Positions 39,938 to 53,207 of a DNA stretch of 64,000 nt are shown here, in pieces. The stretch comes from an uncultured delta proteobacterium (GTDB lineage: Bacteria > Myxococcota_A > Polyangia > Haliangiales > Haliangiaceae). The translations under genes were made by a program, and so were the position numbers. Numbering within the stretch: position 1 is the first letter of the stretch; each line of letters opens with the position of its first letter. The stretch spans positions 1,536,001-1,600,000 of the forward strand of contig CAWKDB010000010.1 in the NCBI GenBank assembly GCA_963848295.1, given 5' to 3'. The notes under the pieces are model-generated. The model was not told where the DNA came from. It made no database searches and saw only the letters and a list, made by a program, of their open reading frames with translations.

Positions 39938-41344
39938 CTAGCCCTCCTCGATCAGCGCCGCCACGCGACCCTGAGTCGCGCGCGCCCAGCGACCGGTCGA
40001 AGCCACGCCGAGCGCGACGATCGCGACCCCGCAACCCACGACGAGATACGAGAACGGATGGGTCGCGAGCGCGAAGTTCGGGCTCGTTGCCACCGCGCTC
40101 GTACCACCGCCGGCGAGCATACCCGCGAGTGCGACACCGAGCGATGACCCGACTTGCCGGCTGGTCGATGCGAGCGCGGCCGCGACCCCGGCCTGCCCCC
40201 TCGGCATGCCCGAGACTGCGGTGTTCGTGATCGGCGCGTTGACCATCCCGACACCGACGCCGAGGCACGTGTAAGCGAGGATGAGCTGGACGAGCGGCGT
40301 ATCGACACGGAGCCCGACGAGCAAGCCCGCACCGAGCGCGGTCGCGATGCCGGCGATCACGACCGCGGTCCGCACCTGGCCTCTACCGACGAGCCGCCCC
40401 GACAGCGGCGAGCACGTGACGAGCGCGATCGCGACGGGTAACAAGCACAGCCCGGCGCGCGACGGCGCCAGCCCGCGCGTGTCTTGCAGATAGAGCGAGT
40501 TGACGAACAAGAACCCGGCGAATGCGGTGAACGCGAGCACCGCGGTCACCGTCGCCGATGCAAACGGCGCGCTGCGAAAGAATCGAGGATCGATCAGCGG
40601 ATCGATCCGGCGCCGCTCGTAAGCCACGAGCGCGATGACCGCGCACCCGGCGGTCGCAAATGCGGCGATGATCCACGGCGAATCCCAACCCGCAGTCGGG
40701 CCCTCGATCAACCCGGAGGTCAGCGTGGCCAACGCGATCACGACCAGCGCCTGACCGACGAGATCGGGACGACGCGGTCGCTCGGCGAGCGACTCCGGAA
40801 CGTAGCGCGTGGCGAGCACGATCGCGGCGAGCCCGATCGGCACGTTGATCCAGAAGATCGAGCGCCAGCCGACGTTCTCGACGAGAAATCCCCCGAGCGG
40901 CGGCCCGATCGCCATCGACACGCCGAACACCGCGCCCCAGATCCCGATCGCCTGCGCGCGCTGTTTCGGATCGACGAACACGTTGACGATGATCGACATC
41001 GCGACTGGATTGAGCATCGCGCCGCCGAGCGCTTGCACGATGCGAAACGCGACGAGCATCTGGATCGACGTCGCGAGACTGCACAACAGCGAGCCACCCG
41101 AGAACAGCGCGAGGCCGAGACGGAACACGCGGCGGCGGCCGACGCGGTCGGCGGTCGAGCCGGCGAGCATGAGGAAGCTCGCGATGACGAGCGTGTAGCC
41201 GTCGACCGTCCACTGCTGGCCGGCGACCGACGTGTGGAGCCGAGTACCGATCTCGGGCAGCGCGACGTTCATGATCGTCACGTCCATCGACACGAGGAAC
41301 AAGCTCGAACAGCAGATCGCGAGGACCAGCCAGGGTCGGGTCAT
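39938..41344 (-). CDS. MFS drug:H+ antiporter (DHA2, EmrB/QacA type)
   Basis: DVTIMNVALP, GSTADRVGRRR, GPPLGG, WRSIFWINVPIG; about 14 hydrophobic segments. Confidence 0.93.
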   Translation of the reverse strand: MTRPWLVLAICCSSLFLVSMDVTIMNVALPEIGTRLHTSVAGQQWTVDGYTLVIASFLMLAGSTADRVGRRRVFRLGLALFSGGSLLCSLATSIQMLVAFRIVQALGGAMLNPVAMSIIVNVFVDPKQRAQAIGIWGAVFGVSMAIGPPLGGFLVENVGWRSIFWINVPIGLAAIVLATRYVPESLAERPRRPDLVGQALVVIALATLTSGLIEGPTAGWDSPWIIAAFATAGCAVIALVAYERRRIDPLIDPRFFRSAPFASATVTAVLAFTAFAGFLFVNSLYLQDTRGLAPSRAGLCLLPVAIALVTCSPLSGRLVGRGQVRTAVVIAGIATALGAGLLVGLRVDTPLVQLILAYTCLGVGVGMVNAPITNTAVSGMPRGQAGVAAALASTSRQVGSSLGVALAGMLAGGGTSAVATSPNFALATHPFSYLVVGCGVAIVALGVASTGRWARATQGRVAALIEEG

Positions 41345-42930
41345 CGCGGCGGGATGAACGACATCGCGCGCTCGGCAAGTGCGGTGATCGTGAAGCTCGG
41401 GTTGACGCCGAGGTTCGCGCCGACCGCGGCACCATCAACGACGTACAGGTTGCGATAACCGAACACGCGGTGCTGCGCATCGATCACGCCGTGCTCCGGA
41501 TCGGTACCCATCACGCAGCCGCCGATGCAATGCGCGGTCATCGGCAAGCCAAACAGGATCTCCGGCGTCGACGTGATCGCGGTGCCACCGAGCTTGGCCG
41601 CGGCGCGTTCCGCGAACACGTTTGCCGCCGGAATGTTCGTCGGGATCCGATCGCCTTCGCTGCACAGCAGGCGCGTGAACGGCCAGAACCAGCGGCGGCG
41701 CAGCCGCATCCGCAGCGTGGCGTCGATCGTCTGCATCACCAACAAGATCAGCGTCTGGCGCGCGAACCCGAACGGCCAGCCGGCACGCGCGAACTTGATC
41801 GGGTGGCGAAAGGCGTTGCCGATCCACTTCGCGATTCGCTTCCAGCCGCTGCCGGTGACGAGCATCGTCGCGAGTAGGCCGAGCGCGTCGGATCCGCGCG
41901 GATAGCGCGTCGCTTCGATGTGGGTGAACCGATCGATGTGGATGCCCGAACCGATCGCGATGCCCTGCGACATGTCGAGCCGTTTACCGGGGAACCGCAC
42001 GCCGACGAGCGATTCGCTGTTCGTCCGGACGTCGTCGCCGAGCCGAGATGACAGTGCCGGCAACGATCCGCGCTGCTTGAGCCGCAGCAGCAGGTCGGTC
42101 GAGCCGAGCGCCGATGCCGACAGCACCACGCCGCGTGCCGTGAACGTGTGCCGTCGCTTCGCGAACCATGCGGTCGAGCGCTCGGTCGTGACCCGATAGC
42201 CGGCAGTACCGTCGCCGCCGCGATCGATCGGCTGAATATCGACGACGCGGGTCTCCGCGAAGATCTTCGCGCCGTGCTTCTCTGCGAAGTACAGGTAGTT
42301 CTTGTCGAGCGTGTTCTTCGCGTTGAACCTGCAGCCCACCATGCAGCCGCCGCAGCCGATGCAGCTCGACCGCGGCGGCCCTTGGCCGTCGAAGTATGGA
42401 TCGGGATGGGGCTCGCCCTGCTTGTCGCCGAAATACACGGCGACGTCGGTGCGATAGAACGACGCGCCCACACCTTGGTCTTCGGCGGCTGCTTGCAGCG
42501 CGCGATCGGCATCGCCGAGGATCTTGTTCTCGGTGACGCCGAGCATCCGGCGCGCGGTCGCGAAGTGCGCGGGCATCTCGCTCTGCCACGCAGCGATGCC
42601 TTTCCACGAGCCCTCGCTCCACACCGAGTCCGGCGGCACGAGCATCGTGTTCGCGTAGGTGATCGATCCGCCGCCGACCGCGTTGCCGCACAAGATCATC
42701 ACGTGCTTGAACGGCCGGAGGTTGAAGAACCCGAACAGCTTCGCGCCCGGCCGCCAGATGAACTTGCGCGCGTTCCACGACGTCTTCGGGAAATCGCCGG
42801 CGGTCCACCGCTTGCCCATCTCGAGCACCGCGACCGCATAGCCCTTCTCCGCTAGCCGGCACGCCGACACCGCGCCGCCGAACCCCGAGCCAACGACGAT
42901 GTAGTCGTAGTCGAAGGACGGTTCGGTCAT
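41341..42930 (-). CDS. GMC oxidoreductase, cholesterol oxidase (ChoD)-like
   Basis: VVGSGFGGAV, VGGGSITYAN, CIGCGGCMVGCRFNAKNTLDKNYL, TAHCIGG, ANLGVNPSFTITALAERAM. Confidence 0.9.
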   Translation of the reverse strand: MTEPSFDYDYIVVGSGFGGAVSACRLAEKGYAVAVLEMGKRWTAGDFPKTSWNARKFIWRPGAKLFGFFNLRPFKHVMILCGNAVGGGSITYANTMLVPPDSVWSEGSWKGIAAWQSEMPAHFATARRMLGVTENKILGDADRALQAAAEDQGVGASFYRTDVAVYFGDKQGEPHPDPYFDGQGPPRSSCIGCGGCMVGCRFNAKNTLDKNYLYFAEKHGAKIFAETRVVDIQPIDRGGDGTAGYRVTTERSTAWFAKRRHTFTARGVVLSASALGSTDLLLRLKQRGSLPALSSRLGDDVRTNSESLVGVRFPGKRLDMSQGIAIGSGIHIDRFTHIEATRYPRGSDALGLLATMLVTGSGWKRIAKWIGNAFRHPIKFARAGWPFGFARQTLILLVMQTIDATLRMRLRRRWFWPFTRLLCSEGDRIPTNIPAANVFAERAAAKLGGTAITSTPEILFGLPMTAHCIGGCVMGTDPEHGVIDAQHRVFGYRNLYVVDGAAVGANLGVNPSFTITALAERAMSFIPPR

Positions 42931-42936
42931 GCCTTA

Positions 42937-45815
<2,879 letters not shown>

Positions 45816-45819
<4 letters not shown>

Positions 45820-46196
45820 GCGCTGTCCCCTTTGCCCGCGTACTTCGCGATCAACTGCGGCAGTGCCCGCGTGTCGATCGGCTTGGTGACGTAGTCATCG
45901 CATCCCGCGGCGATCGCGCGCTCGCGATCGCCCTTCATCGCGTAGGCGGTCACCGCGATGATCGAGATCGATGCGGTCTCGGGCACCGCTTTGAGCAGAC
46001 GGGTCAGCGCGAGGCCGTCGATCCCGGGCAACTGGAGGTCCATCAAGATCACGCGAGGTGGATGTTCGCGCACTTCGACGAGCGCCGCCGACGCATCGCT
46101 CGCGGTTCGCACTTCGTAACCTGCCGCCTGGACGAGATAGGACACCAGCTTCAGATTCAGCGCGTTGTCATCGACGATCAGGATGCGGGGCTTCAC
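45816..46196 (-). CDS. Single-domain response regulator (DivK/CheY-like)
   Basis: LIVDDN, ILMDLQLPGIDG, TAYAMKGD, GCDDYVTKPI. Confidence 0.95.
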
Positions 46197-48532
46197 GCCG
46201 CACCTCCGAGCAACACTTGCAGTTGTTCGACGACGCTCGAGGCGGTCGCCTGCCCTTTGACGACGATCGCCTGCGCGCTCTGCGCGAGACGCGCACAGTC
46301 GGCCGCATCGAGCTCTTTGACGGTCCAGATCAGCACCGGCGTGCGTGCATGCTGCGGCAACCGGCGAAACCGGTCGAGAAATTCGATGCCGTCCATCTCG
46401 GGCATCACGAGGTCGAGCACGACGGCAGCGGGGCGCAGCTGCTCGGCCGCCACCAGCGCGCTCGCACCCGTGGTGCGCGTGATCGCGGCGAACCCGAGCT
46501 GGCCGAGCGTCACATCCATCAGGCGCAGCGCGCTCGGATCGTCATCGACCACGAGCACGCCGCCCTTCGCATCCGGCTTGACGCCTGCGGTGCGGAGCGC
46601 GGCGAGCACGCGCTCGCGCGTGAACGGCTTGTGTAGGACGTCCGCGACCGAGAATCCCGCGACTACACGCTGGTTCGCGACGACGGTGACCACGACGATC
46701 GGCAGCGCGTGCGTTCTTTGATCGCCGCGCAGCGCGCTCAGCAGCTCGAGCCCGGTCATGTCGGGCAGCAGCAGATCCAAGGTGGCGCCGTCGAACGTTC
46801 GTTCGGCACAGCGAGCCAGCGCTTCGGAGCCAGTCGCCGCGGTCTCGACCGCATAGCCCGCCGAGGTCAGGGTCGCGACCAGCAGCTCGCGGTCGCGTTC
46901 GTCGTCCTCGACGACCAGGATCGTCGGCGAACCGCTCTCGATCCGCGGCGACGGGGGGGTGACCACCGCCGCGGTCGTCGACTTCCCGCGCCGCGGCAAC
47001 GTCGCGAAGAACACGCTCCCGGTGCCGGGCATGCTTTGAACGCCGACCGTGCCGCCTTGTGCTTCGACGAGCTTGCGGGTCAACGCGAGCCCGAGACCGG
47101 TACCTTGGTGGCGCTTCGCGGTCCCCGCTTCGAGCTGGTGGAAATCGAGGAACAGCCGGCTGATGTCACTAGGCGCGATGCCGATGCCGGTGTCGGCGAC
47201 CTCGAGCCGGAAGGCCGCGTCGCCCTCGGCGGTCACGCGGACGCGGACGCTGCCACCGTTGGGCGTGAACTTCAGCGCGTTCGACAAGTAGTTGTAGGCG
47301 ACCTGCTTGAGCCGCGCCGGGTCGAGGACGATGCCGACGAGGCTCGGATCGACGAACGTCGTGACGTGGATCTTCTTGATCGCTGCGGTCGTGCGCGTGA
47401 TCGCGACGACTTCGCCGATCACCTTGTCGAGCTCGATCGCCTCGGGTCGGAAGTCGAGCTTGCCCGCCTCGACCTTCGCGAGATCGAGGACGTCGTTGAT
47501 CAGCTGGAGCAGGTGACGACCGCTGGTCAGGATGTCGCCGAGGAACTCGCCGTGCTCCGGTGACCCCGCCGCGACTTGGCCGTAGTGCAACAGCTCCGCG
47601 AAGCCGATGATCGCGTTGAGCGGCGTGCGCAGCTCGTGTGACATGTTCGCGAGGAATTCGCTCTTGAGTCGGTTCGCCTCCTGGATCCGGCGATTCTCGA
47701 GCTCGAGATCCGCGGAGCGCCGCCTGATCTCCTCGGCGCGCCTGCGCTCGCGCAGGTCGGTCATCGACACCCGGATCAACCGCTGGTTCGACGCGGGCAG
47801 GAGGCCGAAGCTGACCTCGCACGGCAGCTCGGCGCCGGTCTTGTCGCGGAACATGAACTCGCCGGTCACGATCTCGCCCTGCACCGCGCGCGCGATGTGC
47901 TCGACGATCACCTCGCGCGAAGGCCGGCCGTCAGGTTGATGCTCCGGCGTCAACCGCCCGAGCTTGTTGCCGAGCAGATCTTCGCGCGTGTAGCCGAACA
48001 GCTTGAGCATCGCGGCGTTGACGTCGACGGTCTGGAACTTGTCGATGTCGTACGTGATGACCGGTTCGGGCGCGAGCTCGAACGCGGCGCGATAGCGCTG
48101 CTCGGCGAACCTTAGCTCGCGCTCCGTCGCGATCCGGTCGCGGCGCTCCTGGGTCTCGCGCAGCGCGCGTTCGACGGCCGGCACGAACCGCCGCGGCTTG
48201 TCCTTCGACAAGAAGTCGAGCGCGCCCGCGTGCAGCGCGGCGACCGCGACCTCTTCGTTCGGCGTCCCCGAGATCACGATACACGGCAGATCGAGGCCGC
48301 GCTGGGAGAGCAGCTGCAGCGTCGCGAGCCCGCCGAACCCCGGCATCATCCAGTCGGTGACCAGCAGATCCCACGACCGATCGAGCGCCGCGCTCAGCGC
48401 AGCCGCGGTCGCGACGCGCTCGGCCTCGACCGTGTAACCAGCCTTGATCAGCTCGCGAACGAGCAACGTGAAGTCATCCTCGGAGTCCTCGACCACGAGG
48501 AGCCGCAAGCGAGCCGGTTCAATTGGCGCCAT
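46193..48532 (-). CDS. Soluble hybrid histidine kinase (REC-PAS-HisKA-HATPase-REC-REC)
   Basis: LVVEDSEDD; PAS (QPDGRPS); KSEFLANMSHELRTPLNAIIGF, NYLSNALKFT, DTGIGI, GTGLGL; two C-terminal receivers. Confidence 0.93.
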   Translation of the reverse strand: MAPIEPARLRLLVVEDSEDDFTLLVRELIKAGYTVEAERVATAAALSAALDRSWDLLVTDWMMPGFGGLATLQLLSQRGLDLPCIVISGTPNEEVAVAALHAGALDFLSKDKPRRFVPAVERALRETQERRDRIATERELRFAEQRYRAAFELAPEPVITYDIDKFQTVDVNAAMLKLFGYTREDLLGNKLGRLTPEHQPDGRPSREVIVEHIARAVQGEIVTGEFMFRDKTGAELPCEVSFGLLPASNQRLIRVSMTDLRERRRAEEIRRRSADLELENRRIQEANRLKSEFLANMSHELRTPLNAIIGFAELLHYGQVAAGSPEHGEFLGDILTSGRHLLQLINDVLDLAKVEAGKLDFRPEAIELDKVIGEVVAITRTTAAIKKIHVTTFVDPSLVGIVLDPARLKQVAYNYLSNALKFTPNGGSVRVRVTAEGDAAFRLEVADTGIGIAPSDISRLFLDFHQLEAGTAKRHQGTGLGLALTRKLVEAQGGTVGVQSMPGTGSVFFATLPRRGKSTTAAVVTPPSPRIESGSPTILVVEDDERDRELLVATLTSAGYAVETAATGSEALARCAERTFDGATLDLLLPDMTGLELLSALRGDQRTHALPIVVVTVVANQRVVAGFSVADVLHKPFTRERVLAALRTAGVKPDAKGGVLVVDDDPSALRLMDVTLGQLGFAAITRTTGASALVAAEQLRPAAVVLDLVMPEMDGIEFLDRFRRLPQHARTPVLIWTVKELDAADCARLAQSAQAIVVKGQATASSVVEQLQVLLGGAA

Positions 48533-48576
48533 TCACCTGCCCCGACCAACGATAGGGCGATCGCCCCTCGCGAACA

Positions 48577-48604
48577 AGCTGTGAGACGCGGCTAGCTCAC
48601 AGCT
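48577..48604. promoter_or_regulatory. Perfect 9-bp inverted repeat upstream of the kinase operon
   Basis: AGCTGTGAG-acgcggctag-CTCACAGCT. Confidence 0.55.
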
Positions 48605-48704
48605 ACCCGAGCGGAGTCGGGCCGGCGTAAACCTATACGCGCGAACTGGCCGATCATGCTGTCCGGCGGGACGGGTCGCGGTCGCTCACCTGGCGCCGGT
48701 TATC

Positions 48705-49508
48705 TTACAGCGCGCCCAAGAACTGCTCGATCGCCGCGGTTACCGCGGCCGGTTCTTCGACCGACGAGCTGTGGCCGGCGCGCGGGATGCGCACGAGCTT
48801 CGCACCGGCGATCGCAGCGACGAGCGCTTCGGCCTTCGCCGGCACGGTCGCGACGTCTTCTTCACCCACGACGACGAGCGTCGGAGCCGAGATCCGCGCG
48901 AGCTCGCCCGCGACTCCAACGCGATCGATCACGCCGTTGACCGCGCGCCAGATGTCGCGCCTGCGCTCCATCACGGCTTGGATCTTCGCGAGCTCGTGCT
49001 TGCGCGCCGGATCGTTGAGGATCGTCTTGCCGAGCATGATCGGGCCGACACGACGGCGCACGATGCGATTGCCGAGCGCGCGCGTCACCGCGGTCAACGC
49101 GCGATATTTGCCGACGTTCTCGATCGGCTCGGGATCCGCCGAGGTCTCGAGCAAGATCAACGACCGCACGAGGTCGGGGCGACGCGCGCCCATCCGCATC
49201 GCGACGAAGCCGCCCATCGACAACCCCGCGAAGTGGACCGGGCCGCCCGCGACCCGATCGAGCAGCGCCGCCGCGTCGCTCCACACCGTCTCGAGATCGA
49301 TGCAGTGCCGCCGATCCGCGGCGCTCTTGCCTTGGCCGCGATGGTCCCACGCGATGCAGCGATAGCGATCTCGCAACGCAGCGACCTGCGGCGCGAACAG
49401 CTCGGTGCTCCATAACAGGCCGTGGCTAAACGCGATCGTTTCGCCGGTCGAGCCCGGCCCGGTGTCCTCGTAGTAAAGCTCGGTGTCGTTGACCGCGATC
49501 GTGGGCAT
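48705..49508 (-). CDS. Alpha/beta hydrolase (3-oxoadipate enol-lactonase-like)
   Basis: FSHGLLW, DHRGQGKS, GLSMGG, VGEEDVAT, AGHSSSVEEP. Confidence 0.92.
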   Translation of the reverse strand: MPTIAVNDTELYYEDTGPGSTGETIAFSHGLLWSTELFAPQVAALRDRYRCIAWDHRGQGKSAADRRHCIDLETVWSDAAALLDRVAGGPVHFAGLSMGGFVAMRMGARRPDLVRSLILLETSADPEPIENVGKYRALTAVTRALGNRIVRRRVGPIMLGKTILNDPARKHELAKIQAVMERRRDIWRAVNGVIDRVGVAGELARISAPTLVVVGEEDVATVPAKAEALVAAIAGAKLVRIPRAGHSSSVEEPAAVTAAIEQFLGAL

Positions 49509-49576
49509 GGCGCGGATTGTCGTCGAACCCGATGATCAGATGGAAGATCGGGTCAACTCGCCTGTATGATAACGCA

Positions 49577-49909
49577 ATGGCCGAGCAACAAGACCTGGTC
49601 TCCGACGAGCTCCTCGAGGTCGATGTCGAGCAGGGGATCGAGTCCGACAAGGAGCGCACGGGCGACTCCGAGCATGAAGGCGCCGGCGTTCATGCGCTGA
49701 ATCGGCTGATCGCGCGCACCGGCATGCCCGATGTCGCCGATGTCGTTCATTTGATGGAGCGGTTCCCGAAGCACCAAGACGCGATGCTCCGCGAGCTGCA
49801 CCGCAAGCTCGGCAACACGTACGTCCAGCAAGTCTCGAACGCGCTCGTCATCCAGCGCGCCGCGCACCCCGACCGGTACGACGAGAACGCTCCCGACGCT
49901 CCCGAGTAA
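49577..49909 (+). CDS. Small acidic hypothetical protein
   Basis: TATGAT 6 nt before the ATG; normal codon bias; contains LHRKLGNTYVQQV...VIQRAA. Confidence 0.72.
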   Translation: MAEQQDLVSDELLEVDVEQGIESDKERTGDSEHEGAGVHALNRLIARTGMPDVADVVHLMERFPKHQDAMLRELHRKLGNTYVQQVSNALVIQRAAHPDRYDENAPDAPE

Positions 49910-49936
49910 CCGTAAGTTCGCTACGATGCGGCTCGG

Positions 49937-50719
49937 ATGTGCGAGTTGCTCGGTATGGAGTGCAACGTCCCGACGGACATCGTGTTCTCGTTCTCGGGAC
50001 TCGCTTTGCGGGGTGGCGCGAAGGGACCGCACGCGGACGGCTGGGGCCTCGCACTCTACGACGGCCGCGCGGCTCGCACGTTCCTCGAGCCGCACGCCGC
50101 CGCGAGCTCTCCGCTCGCTGACTACGTCCGCGCCCATCCGATCAAGACGCTGCTCGCGATCGCACACGTCCGCAAAAGGACGCGCGGCCGGGTGTGTCTC
50201 GCGAACACGCATCCGTTCGTGCGCGAGCTGTGGGGGCGGACGTTCACGTTCGCGCACAACGGCACGGTCAAGGGGGTGCGGTCGCAGTCGACCGGTCGGT
50301 TCACGCCGATCGGCGACACCGACAGCGAGCACGCGTTCTGTGTCTTGCTCGAGGCGCTGCGCCGGCGCTGGTCGAGCTATCCGAAGCGACCGAGCGAGCT
50401 GTGGCGCGCCGTCGCCGAGATCGGCGGCCGGCTCGGCCGCCGCGGCACGTTCAATTTTCTACTCGGCGACGGCACGCACTTGTACGCGCGCTGCGCCACG
50501 AAGCTCTGCTATGTGATCCGCAAGGCGCCGTTCACGCAAGCGACGCTCGCCGACGACGATCTCACGGTAGACTTTGCTCGCGTGACCAACCCCGCCGACA
50601 GAGTCGCGATCGTCGCGACCGCGCCGCTGACGCGCGACGAGCACTGGACGATCGGCGCACCGGGCTCGTTGTGGGTGTTTCGCGGCGGGGCGCTGCGCGG
50701 GACGCTCGCATCGACATGA
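49937..50719 (+). CDS. Class II glutamine amidotransferase (YafJ-like)
   Basis: N-terminal MCELLGM, HADGWG, AHVRK, NTHPFVREL, FAHNG, GDTDSEHAFC. Confidence 0.93.
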   Translation: MCELLGMECNVPTDIVFSFSGLALRGGAKGPHADGWGLALYDGRAARTFLEPHAAASSPLADYVRAHPIKTLLAIAHVRKRTRGRVCLANTHPFVRELWGRTFTFAHNGTVKGVRSQSTGRFTPIGDTDSEHAFCVLLEALRRRWSSYPKRPSELWRAVAEIGGRLGRRGTFNFLLGDGTHLYARCATKLCYVIRKAPFTQATLADDDLTVDFARVTNPADRVAIVATAPLTRDEHWTIGAPGSLWVFRGGALRGTLAST

Positions 50720-52080
50720 TGGCCCGTGTCCTGTTCACGCTCGCGACCGCGGCGCTGTGCTCGGCACCGACGTGCGGCGGATCGGCGCCCGCGGTCGATT
50801 GCGCGGGCGATCCGGGAACGTGCCGGACGACCTGCGGCTATGGCTCCGGCGATCTCGCGACGCTGACGCTGTCGGACTTCACGGCGCTCGGCGACCAGAT
50901 CCCGATCGACACGATCGTGCTCGTGATGCAGGAGAACCGCACGTTCGATTCGTATTTCTCGTCGTTGACCGTGCCGGGTCAGACCGTCGATGGCGCGGCG
51001 CCCGACGCGACGAACCCGGATCCGACGATGCCGGGCGCGACCGTCTCGCGGTTCCACCAAACGGCGGCTTGCTTCGACAACCCGGCCGAGAGCTGGGACG
51101 AAGTCCATCGCGAAGTCGATGGCGGCGCGCTCGACGGCTTCACGACGCAGAACGCGCTGTCCGATGCCGCCGATCCGCAGGGCCTGCGCTCGATGGGTTA
51201 CTACGACGAGACCGATCTGCCGTACTACTACGCGCTCGCGCGCGCCTGGGCGATCTCCGACCGCCACTTCGCCTCGGTGCTCGCGAACACGTTCACGAAT
51301 CGGCTGTTCTACATGGCCGGCACCGCGTACGGCATCACGTCGAACGTCGTACCGCCCCAGACCGCGCCCGACGGCAGCGTGTTGCCGAACCTGTTCACAC
51401 GGCTCGACGACGCGAACATCACATGGGCGTTCTACGCGCAGGATGCGGCGAGCCTCGCGCTGTTGACGCAGACCTGGGCGAAGAACCTCGCGCACGTCCT
51501 GCCGCTCGACCAATTCGCGACCGATGCCGCGGCCGGGGCGCTGCCGCAGGTCGTGTTTGTCGAAGGCTCCGACATGCTCGGCGGTGCCTCGCCCGACGAG
51601 GATCCGCCGGCGGATTTCCAGGCCGGCCAGGCGTTCGTGTCCACGGTCGTGAGCGAAGTGACGAGCTCGCCGCAGTGGCCGCACCTCGCGATGTTCTTCA
51701 GCTACGACGAGCAAGGCGGGTTGTACGACCACGTCCCGCCGCCCGCCGCGTGCATTCCGGACGATCTGCCGCCGATGATCGACAGCGGTGGCGTCGATGC
51801 CGCATACGACAGCTACGGACTGCGCGTACCGCTGTTCGTGATCTCGCCCTACGCGAAGCGCGGCTACGTGTCGCACGAGGTCACCGATCACACGAGCATC
51901 CTGCGCTTCATCGAGGCGCGGTTCGGGCTGCCGGCGCTCACTCATCGCGACGCGAACGCGGTGCCGCCGTTCGACATGTTCGACTTCGCGAATCCCGACA
52001 CGTCGGTGCCGAGCCTGCCGACGCCGACCGTCGACCAGACCCAGCTCGCGGCATGCGCGTCGAAATATCCCAAGTCCTAG
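50716..52080 (+). CDS. Exported phosphoesterase/phospholipase C (AcpA/PlcH family)
   Basis: IVLVMQENRTFDSYF, SMGYY, NTFTNR, YDEQGGLYDHVPPP, GLRVP, DHTSILRFIE. Confidence 0.92.
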   Translation: MMARVLFTLATAALCSAPTCGGSAPAVDCAGDPGTCRTTCGYGSGDLATLTLSDFTALGDQIPIDTIVLVMQENRTFDSYFSSLTVPGQTVDGAAPDATNPDPTMPGATVSRFHQTAACFDNPAESWDEVHREVDGGALDGFTTQNALSDAADPQGLRSMGYYDETDLPYYYALARAWAISDRHFASVLANTFTNRLFYMAGTAYGITSNVVPPQTAPDGSVLPNLFTRLDDANITWAFYAQDAASLALLTQTWAKNLAHVLPLDQFATDAAAGALPQVVFVEGSDMLGGASPDEDPPADFQAGQAFVSTVVSEVTSSPQWPHLAMFFSYDEQGGLYDHVPPPAACIPDDLPPMIDSGGVDAAYDSYGLRVPLFVISPYAKRGYVSHEVTDHTSILRFIEARFGLPALTHRDANAVPPFDMFDFANPDTSVPSLPTPTVDQTQLAACASKYPKS

Positions 52081-53207
52081 TCGTGCTCGCCGGGTGTGGC
52101 GCGGCGATCCCCGAGCTGCCGAGCAAGGGGGGGCCGGCGTGGACCGAGCTGACGAGCGACCACTTCACGCTGTGGACCGATGCGGCGATCCCCCAGGCGA
52201 CCGCGCTGATCCAAGGCATGGAGGATCTGCGCGAAGCCGAGACCGGCGTCGCATTTCACGGCGTCTCGCCGGTCGGCCGCAGCTTCGTCATCGCGCTCGC
52301 CGATCGCGACGAGCTCCACGCGTTCGTCCCCACGCAGTTCGAGGCGTACGCCGCCACGATGGAGGGCGCGTTCAGCCAACCGATGATCGTGCTCGCCGCG
52401 TCCGACGACGTGACGACCGGCATCGCGGCGCACGAGCTGACCCACGTGATCTCGCACTCGGTGATGCGCTATCAGCCGCGGTGGTTCTCGGAGGGGATGG
52501 CGAAGTATTTCGAGACGATCCGGATCGATCACGCGAGCGGCAGCGTCATCGTGGGAGCGCCACCGGTCGAAGCGCCGTTGCATCGGCTGATGCCGCTGCG
52601 CTCGATGCTCGAATGCAACGAGGTCTCGTGTCTCGACGCCGGGTTCTATGCGACGGCATGGGCGGTGTACACGTTCTTGTCGAACGTCCATCCCGACGAT
52701 CTCGCGAAGCTCGAGCGCGGCATGCAGGAGACGCACGGCGATCCGACCGCGGCGTGGCACGACGTGTTCGGCACACAGACCGCCGAGATCGAGGGCGAGC
52801 TCTACGACTGGCTCGATACCGGGCGGCACCTCGAGCTGCGCTACCACTCGACGTTCCACGACTGGCCGGTCACCCAGCGCGTGCTCCGCGACGCCGATGT
52901 CGACGCGGTGCGCGGCTTGCTCCACTGGATCTTCGGTCGCCCGCTCGCCGCGACGACCGAGGTCCATGCCGCGCTCGCCGCCGATCCGACGAACGTCCTC
53001 GCGCGCCTCGTGTCGGTTGCGGTCGGCCTACCGATCTCGGTCGCGGAGGCGCGCGCGCTCGTCAAGGCTCACGATGATGACTGGCGCGCCTGGTTCTTGC
53101 TGTTCCATGTCGTCGCCGGCGATGAGCAAAGCATGGCACACGCCGAAGTGTGCGGCTTGCTCGCCGAGAATCCGGTGATCACGCCTCCGCTGAAGTGCCC
53201 GCCCTAG
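52053..53207 (+). CDS. Lipoprotein zinc metallopeptidase-like (DUF1570/gluzincin-type)
   Basis: LAG-C lipobox; WTELTSDHFTLWTD, AHELTH, PRWFSEGMAKYFET. Confidence 0.78.
   Translation: MRVEISQVLVVLAGCGAAIPELPSKGGPAWTELTSDHFTLWTDAAIPQATALIQGMEDLREAETGVAFHGVSPVGRSFVIALADRDELHAFVPTQFEAYAATMEGAFSQPMIVLAASDDVTTGIAAHELTHVISHSVMRYQPRWFSEGMAKYFETIRIDHASGSVIVGAPPVEAPLHRLMPLRSMLECNEVSCLDAGFYATAWAVYTFLSNVHPDDLAKLERGMQETHGDPTAAWHDVFGTQTAEIEGELYDWLDTGRHLELRYHSTFHDWPVTQRVLRDADVDAVRGLLHWIFGRPLAATTEVHAALAADPTNVLARLVSVAVGLPISVAEARALVKAHDDDWRAWFLLFHVVAGDEQSMAHAEVCGLLAENPVITPPLKCPP

Noticed and set aside
41341..42930. CxxCxxCxxxC in the GMC oxidase as a novel Fe-S fusion
   Set aside because: This Cys cluster is a usual feature of ChoD-like GMC oxidoreductases.
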